Shown here in pieces: positions 51,396 through 64,000 of a stretch of 64,000 bases of DNA. The notes below the pieces were generated by a model. It ran no database searches, was not told where the DNA came from, and saw nothing but the letters and a program-made list of their open reading frames with translations. Source of the DNA: Macrostomum lignano (taxonomy: Eukaryota); contig NIVC01000298.1 of the NCBI GenBank assembly GCA_002269645.1, positions 124,001 through 188,000 of the forward strand, given 5' to 3'. Positions within the stretch are counted from its first letter, which is position 1. Every line of letters begins with the position of its first letter. The position numbers were made by a program, and so were the translations under genes.

Positions 51396-52129
51396 TCTTA
51401 ATCCAACTAGCTTGATTGTGACAGCCAAACGGCTTATTAATTTAACCTATATTCGTTATTTTAGCTTGTGCTTGTTAATATATTTTATAATTGTTTTTTA
51501 GCAATTAGGGATTTTATGCTTGCAATTTTCCGATATTATTACTGTTAGTAATATGGCAATGTTAATTATTATTGTTTTGCTTGCCCCGAATTTACATATA
51601 CGTATTTCCTTTCATTTTTACTATAAGTAGTGCAGTTAGTTACTATCAGTTTAGGATTTTCTCTGCTTGTATTTTTTATATTTGCTACTTACAATATGGG
51701 AGAATAAAAATTTGGATTTTTTGTCATTATTTCCTGTGAGTGTGTGATCTGGACTTTGACACACTGGCGCACATACGTACACATAACTTTTTGTATTATC
51801 AACTGCATTCCCATAACTGGCTTTTGAGCCTATGTCTTCTTACTGCCTCTATTTTTGAGCTCATTCAGTCTTGTATTTATATAGCTTTCAATACCAGATA
51901 TTAACAAATTGGTTTATCCAGCTGAAACTAGACAGAACAGTCTTTCTTACCAAACTGTGTGCTGCACGTATTATACATATTTTTTACTTATTTTGCAATC
52001 TGTGCATTTGCGTGTTTTCGTGCATTTTGTTTTAATAAATAACTAAGCATTCCAGCTCTTGATGAAGTCCAATTTGTTTTTGTTTTATTGATTAGAAACA
52101 TAATAGCTCTTTTATCACATGATTTTAGC

Positions 52130-52416
52130 AATAAGAAGTTGTTTGATAAAGTGGATTGCTAATCTATTCCCTCAGATACAAAACAGAATAGAATGGATTG
52201 CTAATCTATTCCCTCAGATACAAAACAGAATAGAATGGATGGCTAATCTATTCCCTCAGATACAAAACAGAATGGAATGGATTGCTAATCTATTCCCTTT
52301 GATATAAGACAGAATAGAATAGACTGCTAATCTATTCCCTTAGATTCAAAACAGAATGGAATGGATTGCTAATCTATTCCCTTCGATACAAAACAGAATA
52401 GAATGGATTGCTAATG
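52130..52416. repeat. 42-bp tandem repeat (atggattgctaatctattccctcagatacaaaacagaataga), about 7 copies
   Basis: Tandem units seen; the same motif occurs in 1-2 copies upstream of many array members. Confidence 0.92.
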
Positions 52417-53370
52417 GAATGGGCGTGCACCGCGGTTTAGGCTACTGGTTTTACACTAAGGATTTTAAGTGGATGTACTGGTTTGAGATTGGTAGATTCG
52501 CTGCCACCAGGCTTCCTGCTTCCCTAATCCTATTATTTAGTGATAAAGGAATGACTCAGGAAAACGAAAATATTTAACAAAAAGAAAAGGTTATACAAAA
52601 AAATAGAACAGCAATGCAATGGTTATTGTGCACAAGAGTTTTAGGCATTGACTACCTGGTAGTGTACTGTCTTAGGCATTGACTACCGTCAACAGTTTTA
52701 CGTATTTTCCCAATATTTCCCCGCCTCTTACCTATTCTTACTTTGGAGACTTCACGCAAGTCAGTGAACATCTGCTTTTCCAAGCCTAAAAAAAACTAAA
52801 AATAAGTGCTTCCATTGCCTCAGCCATTGAGTAGGCTCTTACGCCACTAGTGATAAATAAAGTTCCAAGTTGGGAGTGTACTAATGTACACTGAAAGCTA
52901 AATTAGACTAAAGAGGACTGTACATCGAGCAAATGACAAATCAAAACCTACCCGGGGGACAGTGAGGGTTCGACGAACCAGTCAGGAAGCCCGTGCCCAA
53001 AAACCTGGTTAGTAAGCCCCTGTATATTAGGGTTGGTCCGAAGACCGAGAGCCGTGGCTATCAGGCTGGGGCCGACCACCCACCACCCCCGGGTACTCTT
53101 GCCAAAACAGTCTCTTATCTTTGAAGCGGCAGGAGGGCTAATCGCCGGGACTGTTTCACCCTTTGCTTCTCCAACCCGCCATTTCTATTAGGGACCGTGC
53201 CAACGGTCTCGTCCTGGTCAGACTCAGTCCTGGTTCTGGCACACTCCAGCTTTAATAGGGTCGCTGGCTGTTCGCTCAGAGGGCACTCCGAGGGGGACCG
53301 TCAGAGCACCAACTGGAATAGGTATAGGCCTGCCTTCCTATACAGCTACCCACAGCCTGTGGGTTCTGTA
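52417..53370. mobile_element. ~950-bp insertion interrupting the 42-bp repeat; unidentified interspersed repeat with a GC-rich distal half
   Basis: The repeat resumes at about 53375; the insert is absent from paralogous positions; no ORF. Confidence 0.45.
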
Positions 53371-53503
53371 CCTTAGATATAGAACAGAATAGAATGGATT
53401 GCTAATCTATTCCCTTAGACACAAAACAGAATAGAATGGATTGCTAATCTTTTCCTTACTATTTTTAATTTCAATTACTCAACCAATCATGCTACAGTTC
53501 CAG

Positions 53504-54235
53504 ATGTCAGCCCTAACAGTTATCCAGTCATTTATAGTGTTGACAGCAGTGCTTTGTCTCACCGCTGTGCTGCCGTTAATCAGCTGCCCAATGGGCACTT
53601 ATTTCAATAAGGGCTCTACAAACAACTGTGATAAGTGCCCAAATTGGCAGCAGTGCAACTCAGAAAATAAATTTTGGCGCGCGCAGTGCAAGCAGGAGAT
53701 TATTAGAGCTGGCTGTCAGGAATTTTGGAACCAGTCTCGAGATGCTGAGATGGCTTCATTGTCTCATAATTCCAACAGTAGCGTCAGGCAGGCTGGCAAT
53801 GCATCTCATGTGAACATCACCTGTAACTGCAAGTGCCCATCAGTGACTGAAGCGCCTAATCCCGCTAAGAATGCGCCACTTAACGGCTCCGACATCAGTG
53901 GTGTTGCTGCAAGCAATAAGTCTAGCCGTGGAGTATTTCTGCAGCCCAACGCCACCACTGAAGGATCAAAGAATGGTGCGGCTGGCAAAGTAGATCCTTG
54001 GCCAATCGTCTGGGTTTTAGGGGTATTTTCATTCGTTTGCTTAATCGTTATTGTCGTCCTATCGTGTGTTATTTACAAACTGCGCAGAAATTCTCAACCT
54101 GCAATTGAATCCAGTGCAGACAAGCACCGCAAATTTACTACAGGCGAAAGTTGTGTATTCCACTTGCTGACCAGACAGCAGACAGCTGGCCCCACAGATG
54201 CCGATGGTGCTGACAAAGAATCTCCATCCAAATAA
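53504..54235 (+). CDS. TNFR-like receptor, member 9 (beta N-domain + A + shortened B + TM/tail 1); likely start MSALTVIQ
   Basis: ttccag|ATG at 53504; signal peptide; CPMGTYFNKG..CDKCP..QQC..FWRAQC.QEII..GCQEFW; TM PWPIVWVLGVFSFVCLIVIVVLSCVIY. Confidence 0.87.
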   Translation: MSALTVIQSFIVLTAVLCLTAVLPLISCPMGTYFNKGSTNNCDKCPNWQQCNSENKFWRAQCKQEIIRAGCQEFWNQSRDAEMASLSHNSNSSVRQAGNASHVNITCNCKCPSVTEAPNPAKNAPLNGSDISGVAASNKSSRGVFLQPNATTEGSKNGAAGKVDPWPIVWVLGVFSFVCLIVIVVLSCVIYKLRRNSQPAIESSADKHRKFTTGESCVFHLLTRQQTAGPTDADGADKESPSK

Positions 54236-55756
54236 CTTTAATTCTGAAAGCCAAACAGCCAAACTATTTATTAATTTAACCTAATATTTTTATTTTAACT
54301 ATTGCTTCTTAATATATTTATAATAGTTTTTAGCAATTATAGATTCGGTGCTTACAAGTTTGCTTGCCCCGAATTTACAATAAGCTTATTTCCTTTCATT
54401 TTTACTATGAGTAGTGCAGTTAGTCATGTCAGTTATGATTTCCCCTGCTTAAAGTTTTCTGATATAATAATTACTACTGTTAGTAAAGGAGAATTTTAAA
54501 ATGTGGAATTTGTCATCATTTGCTCCGGATTTTCTGATGTCTGACTACTATATAGCATTGTTATTTTTATGATTGCTTTTTGATACACACATATTTGGAA
54601 CTAGCTAACAAAAATGTGCACATTGAAATTTGTAGCTCGTTTTTTAAAATGCATTCCCATAACTGGCATTTTAGTCTATGGCTTCTTACTGACGCTATTT
54701 TCAAAAGTCGTTGAATCTTTTATTTATATTTTTGTGTGCTGCTTTAGTAGCTTTCAATACTGTAATAGATAAACTATTTGTTATATCCAGCTGAAGTTAG
54801 ACAGTTGTCTTTCTTACCAACAGTTTACTACACAATATTACTCATTTTAACCTGCTTTGCAATCCGTACGTTTGTGTGCCTTTGTTTTAAATAACGAAGC
54901 TTTACAACTCTTGATAAAATCCGACTTGTTTTTGTTTTATTAATTAGAAATATAGCTCTTTTATCACATGATTTTAGCAATAAGAAATTGCTTGATAGAG
55001 TGGATTGCTAATCTACGAGCTATACCCTCAGATACTTTCAATTATATTTTTATTCTAAAACTATAAAGAAGTTGTCGTACCCTGAAATTCACTAGTACAT
55101 CTAGTTATTTTTAATTAGTACGGTATATAACCTTTGTGTGCTATTATTGTTTCTTCTGCATAAAATAAATGATATAAAGTAGCATATTTAGTGAATAAGT
55201 AATACATTTTAATCAAAATTCTTACTAACAATTACCTACGATATTATTATTAAAGTTGAGCACTTCAAAGATTAAATAACTACGTTTTCTGTGTGCAACT
55301 GCCTTATGATGTCATTCCCATTTTTCGACATAACTGACACCAACGACTGTTTGTTTACTGTTTTACAATTGATAGTGTTTTGAATAATTCATACTCTGAA
55401 AACAAGTATTGCAAAAAAATTATACTTATCAATAATGAACAAATATATCTATCCAGTCCTGCATGAACAGCAACCATATTTTTCATTTACTATCATTCGT
55501 GATGTGTTTATTTATTCAATTCGACTGACCTTCAAATTTTAAATCAACTATATAGGAATGTGGGAAATCTTTAGTGCGAGCTACTCTACCAGAATTATAT
55601 TTTGACATTAGTGCAGGAAGCTGAAGATAATTCTTAGCGGGCGTGGAAAAATGACAGACAGACAGACAGACAAACAGACACGGACGGACAGGCAGACACA
55701 GGAAGCAAGCATTGATAACATTCTCCATACAATTTCAGATATACGAGTAAAACGCC

Positions 55757-55933
55757 ATGCGGTTGGCAATATTAGTCACACTGGCGCTGGTGCTGCCGAG
55801 GCTGGCAGGTCCACTGCCTGCCTGTCCGCCTGGCCACTACCGCGACAAAGAGGGCGCTATGGATTGCAAGAATTGCCCCAGTCCAGCGCAGTGCCAATGC
55901 CAGCACAATTGTAAGCATGTACACTGTCGATAG
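55757..55933 (+). pseudogene. Member 10: duplicate of truncated member 3
   Basis: Same 58-aa frame with one visible R-to-K change (DREG to DKEG). Confidence 0.75.
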
Positions 55934-55997
55934 ATACTGCGACTTAGATAAATAAGACAACCTCTGTCTCAGTCGCAGTTGGAGTGTTTGAAACGCA

Positions 55998-56591
55998 ATG
56001 GAGCCAATCGAAGGGGAAAGAATCGGCTCAGTAGTCTATACGCACGGCGTCTGCATTTATCGGAAAGATAGAGTTAGAAATGGGACAGTCAGCTATCGCT
56101 GCACTAACAAGAACTGTCCGGGACGCGCCGTCGAGAAGGATGGTGTGCTGAGACTCATCGCGCACAACCACGACGGTGATTCAAAGGAGAAGGAAATACT
56201 TCGGCTATGAGCCAATTTGAAGCGGAAGGCCGGTGAGAGCAGTTCATCCCTTCGTGATCTGTTTGACCGAGAGACACAGGCCAGCTCCGTCGGCAATCGG
56301 ATCGGATTTGCTGAAGTGGAGTCGTCGATGTATCGACAAAGAAGACGCCTGCTGCCACCTCTTCGAAAAGCAGCTGTCGACGCGTATGCAGCAATATGCG
56401 ATGCTCCAGACCGCTTCAGGTGCGTCAACAGTGTCATCATTATTCAGGGTCGTGTATCATCTGCTGATGACGGCCATGGACTCATCTTTGCTCACCCTGA
56501 CATGCTGAGTCGTCTGAGTCAGGCTACATGCTGGCACATGGATGGCACATTCAGAACCGTGCCAAATATCTTCTGGTCGAAAGGATTTTAA
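55998..56591 (+). pseudogene. MULE transposase fragment, copy 2
   Basis: Same as 36886-37458 but with CGA-to-TGA at 56208-56210; retains CWHMDGTFRTVP, the first catalytic Asp region. Confidence 0.82.
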
Positions 56592-57123
56592 TTCGATTTA
56601 ATTCTTACAAATGCAATCGACTACTTTGTGACAGACGATGGAGCAACTTGACTGCTTTTATTTATTGCATTGCGCGCTTGTGCCAAACTTTGACTGCGCG
56701 CTTATGCCAGTGCGGTCTTGTGATGGTGCGCGCTTATGCCAATGCTGAGCACTTTCTACCGCGCTCTTGTGCAAGTCAAAACGTGCGCGCTTATGCCTCT
56801 GCGCGCCTGTGCCAGACTTTGACATAAAATACACAGGCGCGCTTGTGCCGGTGCGCGCCTGTGCCAGACTTTGACATAAAATACACAGGCGCGCTTGTGC
56901 CGGTGCGCGCTTATGATGGCGACCCGCCGCGGCGACTCTTGCAAAGCCTGGGAAGCCAGGTGTGATAGGGCTTCCATTAAGTCTGCTTGCGCAGATTTTT
57001 GGAAAATGAAGTTTCGACTCAAAAAATGATGGAGCTGCATTGATAAAAAATGTATTTCTTGGACGATCGCTGGCGTTTTATTCCTGTTTGTTATGTTTAA
57101 AAACATTTAAACATCAAGACCGC

Positions 57124-58114
57124 TAATGGTCATTCTAAAAGTTTGTGCAATCAAGTTTTAACAAATTTCAGTAAAATCGCCCAGACAGACTATATAATGT
57201 AAAAGAATTGAAGTGCTCGTGCGAGCCCAACTTGAAATTGCAAAATGCAGATTGGCTGTCCCGTAGCTCCGCTGAGCCCTGCACCAGACCTGTGGTGCTG
57301 AGGTGGAACAGGGGTGCGGAGATGAGGTTAGTTGTCTGCTACTTGTTCACCATGTGCCTGGATAGCCTGACTGTCAACTAACACTGCTACAGGTGCTTCA
57401 TCATCCAGCATCTTCGCCCTGCACTGCTCAAAAAGCGCCAAAAGATCCTTGACGATGGCATTCTCCTTCTGCACAACAATGCCAGCCCCCTCACCAGCAA
57501 GATTGTGCAGGAGTTGCAATTAATTAGGTCCTACCCAAGGAGGCAGGCAAAAGCTGCCCCACCCACCGTACTCACCTGACATGATCGTCCCTGTGACTAC
57601 GACCTTTTTCCGAAGATGTATACTCAGCAACATCGAAAAGTCGCCATCACAGAAGATTCCGTCTGTGGTCGCCACTTTTGAGAGTGCAGGTAAAGTCTCT
57701 CAATCTTTGCGAGTGACGCAACTCCAGCTACGCCACGGCAGACTTGAGTTGAGGAATGAGTGGAGGAGCGGTGTGCGAGGGTTGGATGGATTTAAGCTAC
57801 CCCGATCAGGTTTCTCGTATCTTTTATTTCAGAATAGTCCAAGAGAAACTGCTCACTGGAGCACATAGAGTGGCGACTTTTCAATGTTGCTGAGTATAGA
57901 ATCGTCCTCGTTTTGACTGCTTAGACAAGCTGATTGCAGAGATAGTCCGTCTATTGAAACAACTTGGTGACTTTAGGGGCTATTAACGGAATTTAGAAGC
58001 TTCCAGACCAATGGCAAAGTGTCATTGCATCCAGTGAATACTTTTAAAACACTGTAACTTTTCATTCACTTGTTTGCGCATAAATTCGATTGCACGAACC
58101 TTTGAAATGGCTCT
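57124..58114 (+). mobile_element. Internally deleted mariner element, copy 2
   Basis: Duplicate of 37952-38906 with matching TIR remnants. Confidence 0.72.
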
Positions 58115-58656
58115 GAGACCAATATACAGCAATGAACTGTATGATTTTTTATATAAGTAATTAACAATTTACAACAACAATTGAGAGTTTATATTGTCCC
58201 CTTGCCAACAGTAGTATTTAATATATTTGATAATCACAGTATACAAAATCCCTAAGATCTTCATTACTAACTGCAATACGTAGAGTAGACATTTTGGACA
58301 TTTTGTTTTGATACATTTTTATCGTATATTTTCCTACTTATTTATGTGCTTTAGTACTCGTATTTTTACTAGCTATTTTTAGATTCCAAGTAAACCCGCT
58401 GTGTGAATATGTGCGAACTTAAATTGCCTCTTCTTTTAGTTATATTATTAACATCGTACTTTTACTCCTTCGTAAATTGTAAGTAAAACAGGTTTTATTC
58501 TATTGGATAAATGCTATTTGAAACTTTTATTCTTTTTTTATTCTGATTTATTGCTTACAAAGATAGTTTCATCTGCTGATTGTAGAAAATGACAAACAAA
58601 ATCACAGACAACCAAATTCATTCCCTTAGATACAAATCAGAACAGAATGGATTGCT

Positions 58657-58722
<66 letters not shown>

Positions 58723-58873
58723 AACACAGACAGACAAACAGAAACACAAACAGAAACACAGACAGACACACAGACAGACAGACAAACAGAAACACAGACA
58801 GACACACAGACAGACAGACAGACAAACAGAAACACAGACAGACACACAGACAGACAGACAGACAAACAGAAAC

Positions 58874-58962
<89 letters not shown>

Positions 58963-59157
58963 AACACAGACAGACACACAGACAGACAGACAAACAGAAA
59001 CACAGACAGACACACAGACAGACAGACAGACAAACAGAAACACAGACAGACACACAGACAGACAGACAGACAAACAGAAACACAGACAGACACACAGACA
59101 GACAGACAAACAGAAACACAGACAGACACACAGACAGACAGACAGACAAACAGAAAC

Positions 59158-59202
<45 letters not shown>

Positions 59203-59281
59203 AACACAGACAGACACACAGACAGACAGACAAACAGAAACACAGACAGACACACAGACAGACAGACAGACAAACAGAAAC

Positions 59282-59318
<37 letters not shown>

Positions 59319-59321
59319 AAC

Positions 59322-59358
<37 letters not shown>

Positions 59359-59361
59359 AAC

Positions 59362-59398
<37 letters not shown>

Positions 59399-59477
59399 AA
59401 CACAGACAGACACACAGACAGACAGACAAACAGAAACACAGACAGACACACAGACAGACAGACAGACAAACAGAAAC

Positions 59478-59514
<37 letters not shown>

Positions 59515-59557
59515 AACACAGACAGACACACAGACAGACAGACAGACAAACAGAAAC

Positions 59558-59594
<37 letters not shown>

Positions 59595-59597
59595 AAC

Positions 59598-59638
<41 letters not shown>

Positions 59639-59713
59639 AACACAGACAGACACACAGACAGACAGACAGACAAACAGAAACACAGACAGACAGACAGACA
59701 GACAAACAGAAAC

Positions 59714-59758
<45 letters not shown>

Positions 59759-59801
59759 AACACAGACAGACACACAGACAGACAGACAGACAAACAGAAA
59801 C

Positions 59802-59838
<37 letters not shown>

Positions 59839-59881
59839 AACACAGACAGACACACAGACAGACAGACAGACAAACAGAAAA

Positions 59882-59918
<37 letters not shown>

Positions 59919-59957
59919 AACACAGACAGACACACAGACAGACAGACAAACAGAAAC

Positions 59958-59994
<37 letters not shown>

Positions 59995-60037
59995 AACACA
60001 GACAGACACACAGACAGACAGACAGACAAACAGAAAC

Positions 60038-60074
<37 letters not shown>

Positions 60075-60117
60075 AACACAGACAGACACACAGACAGACA
60101 GACAGACAAACAGAAAC

Positions 60118-60154
<37 letters not shown>

Positions 60155-60193
60155 AACACAGACAGACACACAGACAGACAGACAAACAGAAAC

Positions 60194-60234
<41 letters not shown>

Positions 60235-60237
60235 AAC

Positions 60238-60272
<35 letters not shown>

Positions 60273-60321
60273 CACAGACAGACAGACAGACACACAGACA
60301 GACAGACAGACAAACAGAAAC

Positions 60322-60354
<33 letters not shown>

Positions 60355-60417
60355 AACACAGACAGACAGATAGACAGACAGACAGACACACAGACAGACA
60401 GACAGACAAACAGAAAC

Positions 60418-60454
<37 letters not shown>

Positions 60455-60457
60455 AAC

Positions 60458-60494
<37 letters not shown>

Positions 60495-60557
60495 AACACA
60501 GACAGACACACAGACAGACAGACAGACACACAGACAGACAGACAGACAAACAGAAAC

Positions 60558-60588
<31 letters not shown>

Positions 60589-60713
60589 CACAGACAGACA
60601 GACAGACACACAGACAGACAGACAGACAAACAGAAACACAGACAGACAGACAGACAGACACACAGACAGACAGACAGACAGACACACAGACAGACAGACA
60701 GACAAACAGAAAC

Positions 60714-60750
<37 letters not shown>

Positions 60751-60873
60751 AACACAGACAGACACACAGACAGACAGACAGACAAACAGAAACACAGACA
60801 GACACACAGACAGACAGACAGACAAACAGAAACACAGACAGACACACAGACAGACAGACAGACAAACAGAAAC

Positions 60874-60918
<45 letters not shown>

Positions 60919-61026
60919 AACACAGACAGACACACAGACAGACAGACAGACAAACAGAAACACAGACAGACACACAGACAGACAGACAGACAAACAGAAA
61001 CACAGACAGACACACAGACAGACACA
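58657..61026. repeat. ~2.4-kb compound CAGA microsatellite
   Basis: Seen directly; source of the 594-810 aa artefact ORFs. Confidence 0.97.
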
Positions 61027-61065
61027 TGAAACAAGCATTCATATACATATTTCATCAAATTTCAG

Positions 61066-61587
61066 ATGGTAAAGGCAATTCAGTTGCTCGCTATATTTAT
61101 TCTGGTGCTGCCCATGCCGGCAGATCCCCTGCCTGCCTGTCCGCCTGGCAAATATCGCCACCCTGGAGCCAACGATTGCAGGCTCTGTCCGAGCCTTTCA
61201 CAGTGCCGCTCTGACGAAGCCTGGGCAGCCAGGTGCGAGTGGCAGTCGATTAAGTCGGCTTGCTCGCAATTTTGGGGAAATAATCAGCCGCCTAATCCCG
61301 CTGAGAATGCGCCAGGTAACGGCTCTGACACCAGTGGCGTTGCTGTGAGCAATAGTTCTAGCGACTTCAGTGCTACTACTAAACCATCAAATGAAGGTGC
61401 GGCTGGCAAAGTAGATCCTTGGCCAATTGTCTGGATTTTAGGTGTACTTTTATTGGTCTGCTTGATCGTTATTGTCGTGGTACCCTGTGTTATTAGAGGC
61501 GAAAACTCTGTATGCCAGCTGCTGACGGATGACAACCCGACTGGACCCACAGATGCCGAAGATGCTGTCTATAATGATGGGGATTAA
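61066..61587 (+). CDS. TNFR-like receptor, member 11 (ectodomain near-identical to member 8, intact TM, internally deleted tail)
   Basis: tttcag|ATG; one aa difference from member 8 in the ectodomain (SLSQC versus SLSLC); TM PIVWILGVLLLVCLIVIVVVPCVI. Confidence 0.85.
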   Translation: MVKAIQLLAIFILVLPMPADPLPACPPGKYRHPGANDCRLCPSLSQCRSDEAWAARCEWQSIKSACSQFWGNNQPPNPAENAPGNGSDTSGVAVSNSSSDFSATTKPSNEGAAGKVDPWPIVWILGVLLLVCLIVIVVVPCVIRGENSVCQLLTDDNPTGPTDAEDAVYNDGD

Positions 61588-62471
61588 TCTCCATCTAACT
61601 GACTTTGACTGCGACTGCCAAGCATTTTATCAATTGCTTATTATTCATGCAACTTAATACTCATTATTTAACTTGTGTATCCTAGTATATATTTATAATT
61701 GTTTTTTTGCAATTATGGATTCCATGCTTGCAATTTTCCGCTAGTTTCACTACTAGTATTATGGCTATTTTAGTTATTATTATTGCTTGAAATTTTCTGA
61801 TCTTTTTGTCACTGCTAGTAAAGGAAAATTTTTTAATTGTAGAATTTCTGTCATTATTTTTCACGGATGTTCTTATGCGTGACTACTATATAGCATTGTT
61901 GTTTCTCTGATTGTTTTTGACTCATTGGAACCAACAGATTCGTACACATAATGCATTCCATAAGGCATTTTTGCGTCTTATTGGCACTATTTTTGCGCTC
62001 ATTTAATCTTATATTTATATATTTGTATTTTTTAGTAGCTTTCAATACCAAGGACAACTTAAGTATTGTCCCCTTGCAATACAAATATATATATATTACC
62101 AGTAAGTAGTCCTTGTTTCAATATTGCTTGCACATCCACAATTTGTTATCCAGCTAAAGCTAGACAGCTGTCTTTCCTACAAAACTGTGGGCTACACATA
62201 ATTACTCATTTTAGCCTTTTTTGCAATTGTGCGTTTGTTTTAAATAACTAAGCTTTACAACTCTTGATAAATTCCGACTTGTATTTGATTTTATGATTAG
62301 AAAGATTTATCACAATTTTGCTTTTATCACAATATTTAGCGATAATAAAAAAACGTTTTGATAAAGTGGATTGTTAATCTATGCCCTTAGACACTAAGCA
62401 GAATAGAATGGATTGCTAATCTATACCCTCATAATTTTCAGTTACTTTTACCAATCATGCAAAAATTTCAG

Positions 62472-63599
62472 ATGTCGTCGATAAAAATTATCCAGTCATT
62501 TATAGTGTTGACAGGAGTGCCGTGTCTCACCGCCGCGCTGCCGTCAATCAGCTGCCCAATGGGCACCTATCATAACAAAGAGGCGACCGGTAAATGCGAT
62601 AAATGCCCAACCTGGCAGCAGTGCATCGGCACAGATAAAGTTTGGCGAGCTCAATGTGAGCAAGAGATTATTAAATCTGGCTGTCAGGAATACTGGGAGC
62701 AAACTCGAGATGCTGAGACAACTTTATCGTCTTATAATTTCAACAGTAGCGCCAAGCTGGCTGGCAATGGCTCTGATATGAACACAAGTGCTACCTATGA
62801 TTGTAACTGCGAACATGTTCTGTCATGTCAGATTGGCATAGCCATTCTTGCGCCGCTTGCCCTCATCGGGTTATTTGTTTCATTGCATAAAATTTATGAA
62901 TATGTTTGCAATACCGGTAGAATGAAGAACGAACCGAAAGCTACGTGTACGCCAAATATGGAAAATGGCAATCGTGACGACACAAAAGGGCTGGTCATGC
63001 AGGAGCTGCCGTCAGCAAATTCTGGTGAAAGTGGCGGCGCTCGACGTCGTAAAAAGAACAAGGTACGTAGATATTTGTTTGTTATATAAAGCCGTCTAGA
63101 TTAGTCTTCTATAGTTTAATTTACCATTCTCAGGTTGGAAGGTATGCTAGAGATTCATTCTCCGGGGTGGGATCTCCTTGTAGGATTAATCTCAGGGTGT
63201 GGCATCTCCTTGTAGGATTAATCTCAGGGTGTGGCATCTCCTTGTAGGATTAATCTCAGGGTGTGGGATCACCTTGTAGGATTAAACTCCGGGTGTGGGA
63301 TCTCCTTTTATGGTTAACCTTAGGCCGTGTGGGATTTCCTTGTAGGATTAATCTCAGGGTCCTGGATCTCTGGAGAGTGTGATTCTCAGGCAGTGGGATC
63401 TCTGCAAAGTTTGATTCTCAGGGTGTGGGACCTCTGGAGAGTGTGATTCTCAAGGTTTGGGATCTCTGCAATGTGGGGGTCTGCACTTCTCTGGGTTCTG
63501 TCAGGCTGTCCTATGTCAAGCTGTCAAAAGTCTCACTGCAGCTCAGCATTTCCCACTCACCCTGGAAATTTTTTTCAGCGTCCTTGGAAAACGACTTGA
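62472..63599 (+). CDS. TNFR-like receptor, member 12 (beta N-domain + stalk A + TM/tail type 2); exon 62472-63062, possible short last exon 63579-63599
   Basis: tttcag|ATG; MSSIKIIQSFIVLTGVPCLTAALPSISCPMGTYHNK; TM IGIAILAPLALIGLFVSL; phase-0 donor AAG|gtacgt; candidate exon RPWKTT* after ttttttcag. Confidence 0.8.
63165..63470. repeat. ~30-bp repeat (gggtgtgg(g/c)atctccttgtaggattaatctca), related to the gtgggatctc minisatellites; a shorter copy lies at about 41070-41150
   Basis: Tandem units seen in the presumed intron after member 12. Confidence 0.8.
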
Positions 63600-64000
63600 A
63601 TCCTTGGACAATTTAATAACCATTGAAATGTGGATTGGATCGGCCAGCTTGTTGAGTTATCGTAAATTTCTTCTAAGAAACTTCTGGTTAATGATTCCTC
63701 TCGACTTAAACAGCTGGTGACAAATTTATAAATTGTATTATTATTTATTTTTAATTATTTAACGTTCTAGCTTGGCGAACTCTGGTTCGATTCTTTGCGC
63801 GGCCCCGCATTCATTTGGGGTCGGTTATCGTGCGGTTCACAGCCATGAGGGCCGAGACCACAGATACTAGAATAACTAGGGTGGGCCACCCAGCGAATTT
63901 GCGTGTAAGCTACTTTCAGTTCAGTAGCAAGTTAAACTGAAGCATTTTAATGTATTTTTAAAGCCAAAACTCATCTTATTGACTCTTACCCCCCCCCTGC

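Larger units (their letters stand above)
54350..58656 (+). repeat. Segmental duplicate of about 35250-39552
   Basis: Co-linear high similarity including the truncated gene, MULE fragment, mariner remnant and the flank leading into the microsatellite. Confidence 0.9.

Noticed and set aside
58589-61058. 594-810 aa ORFs
   Set aside because: Microsatellite translations, open on both strands.

Overview
AT-rich eukaryotic genomic DNA, most likely from an invertebrate animal (inferred from GT-AG introns, animal-type transposon families and TNFR-like proteins; the species cannot be determined from sequence alone). It has three zones. (1) 1-4.65 kb is the end of an endogenous Polinton/Maverick (adintovirus-like) element. 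It carries a retroviral-type integrase with a 1-nt frameshift, a parvovirus-type PLA2 protein, an ORF with an adenovirus pX-like GG|ILPLAALIPIIAG motif and two orphan ORFs. (2) 4.7-31 kb is transposon and repeat debris: nested MITEs, a mariner interrupted by a retroposed fragment, a Gypsy LTR element with an internally inverted gag-pro block, minisatellites and a CT tract. (3) 31.7-63.6 kb is a same-strand tandem array of 12 genes or gene remnants encoding small type-I membrane proteins. Each has a signal peptide, one 6-Cys TNFR-like domain, an S/T/N-rich stalk, a TM helix and a short tail with no visible death domain. The array looks combinatorial: four N-domain types, two stalk modules and several TM/tail types occur in shuffled combinations. 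It includes soluble, tail-less and signal-less variants and VNTR stalks, and at least one duplication junction lies at a CAGA microsatellite. This array is the most interesting candidate system here, possibly a rapidly diversifying immune or allorecognition receptor locus; that function is inference only.
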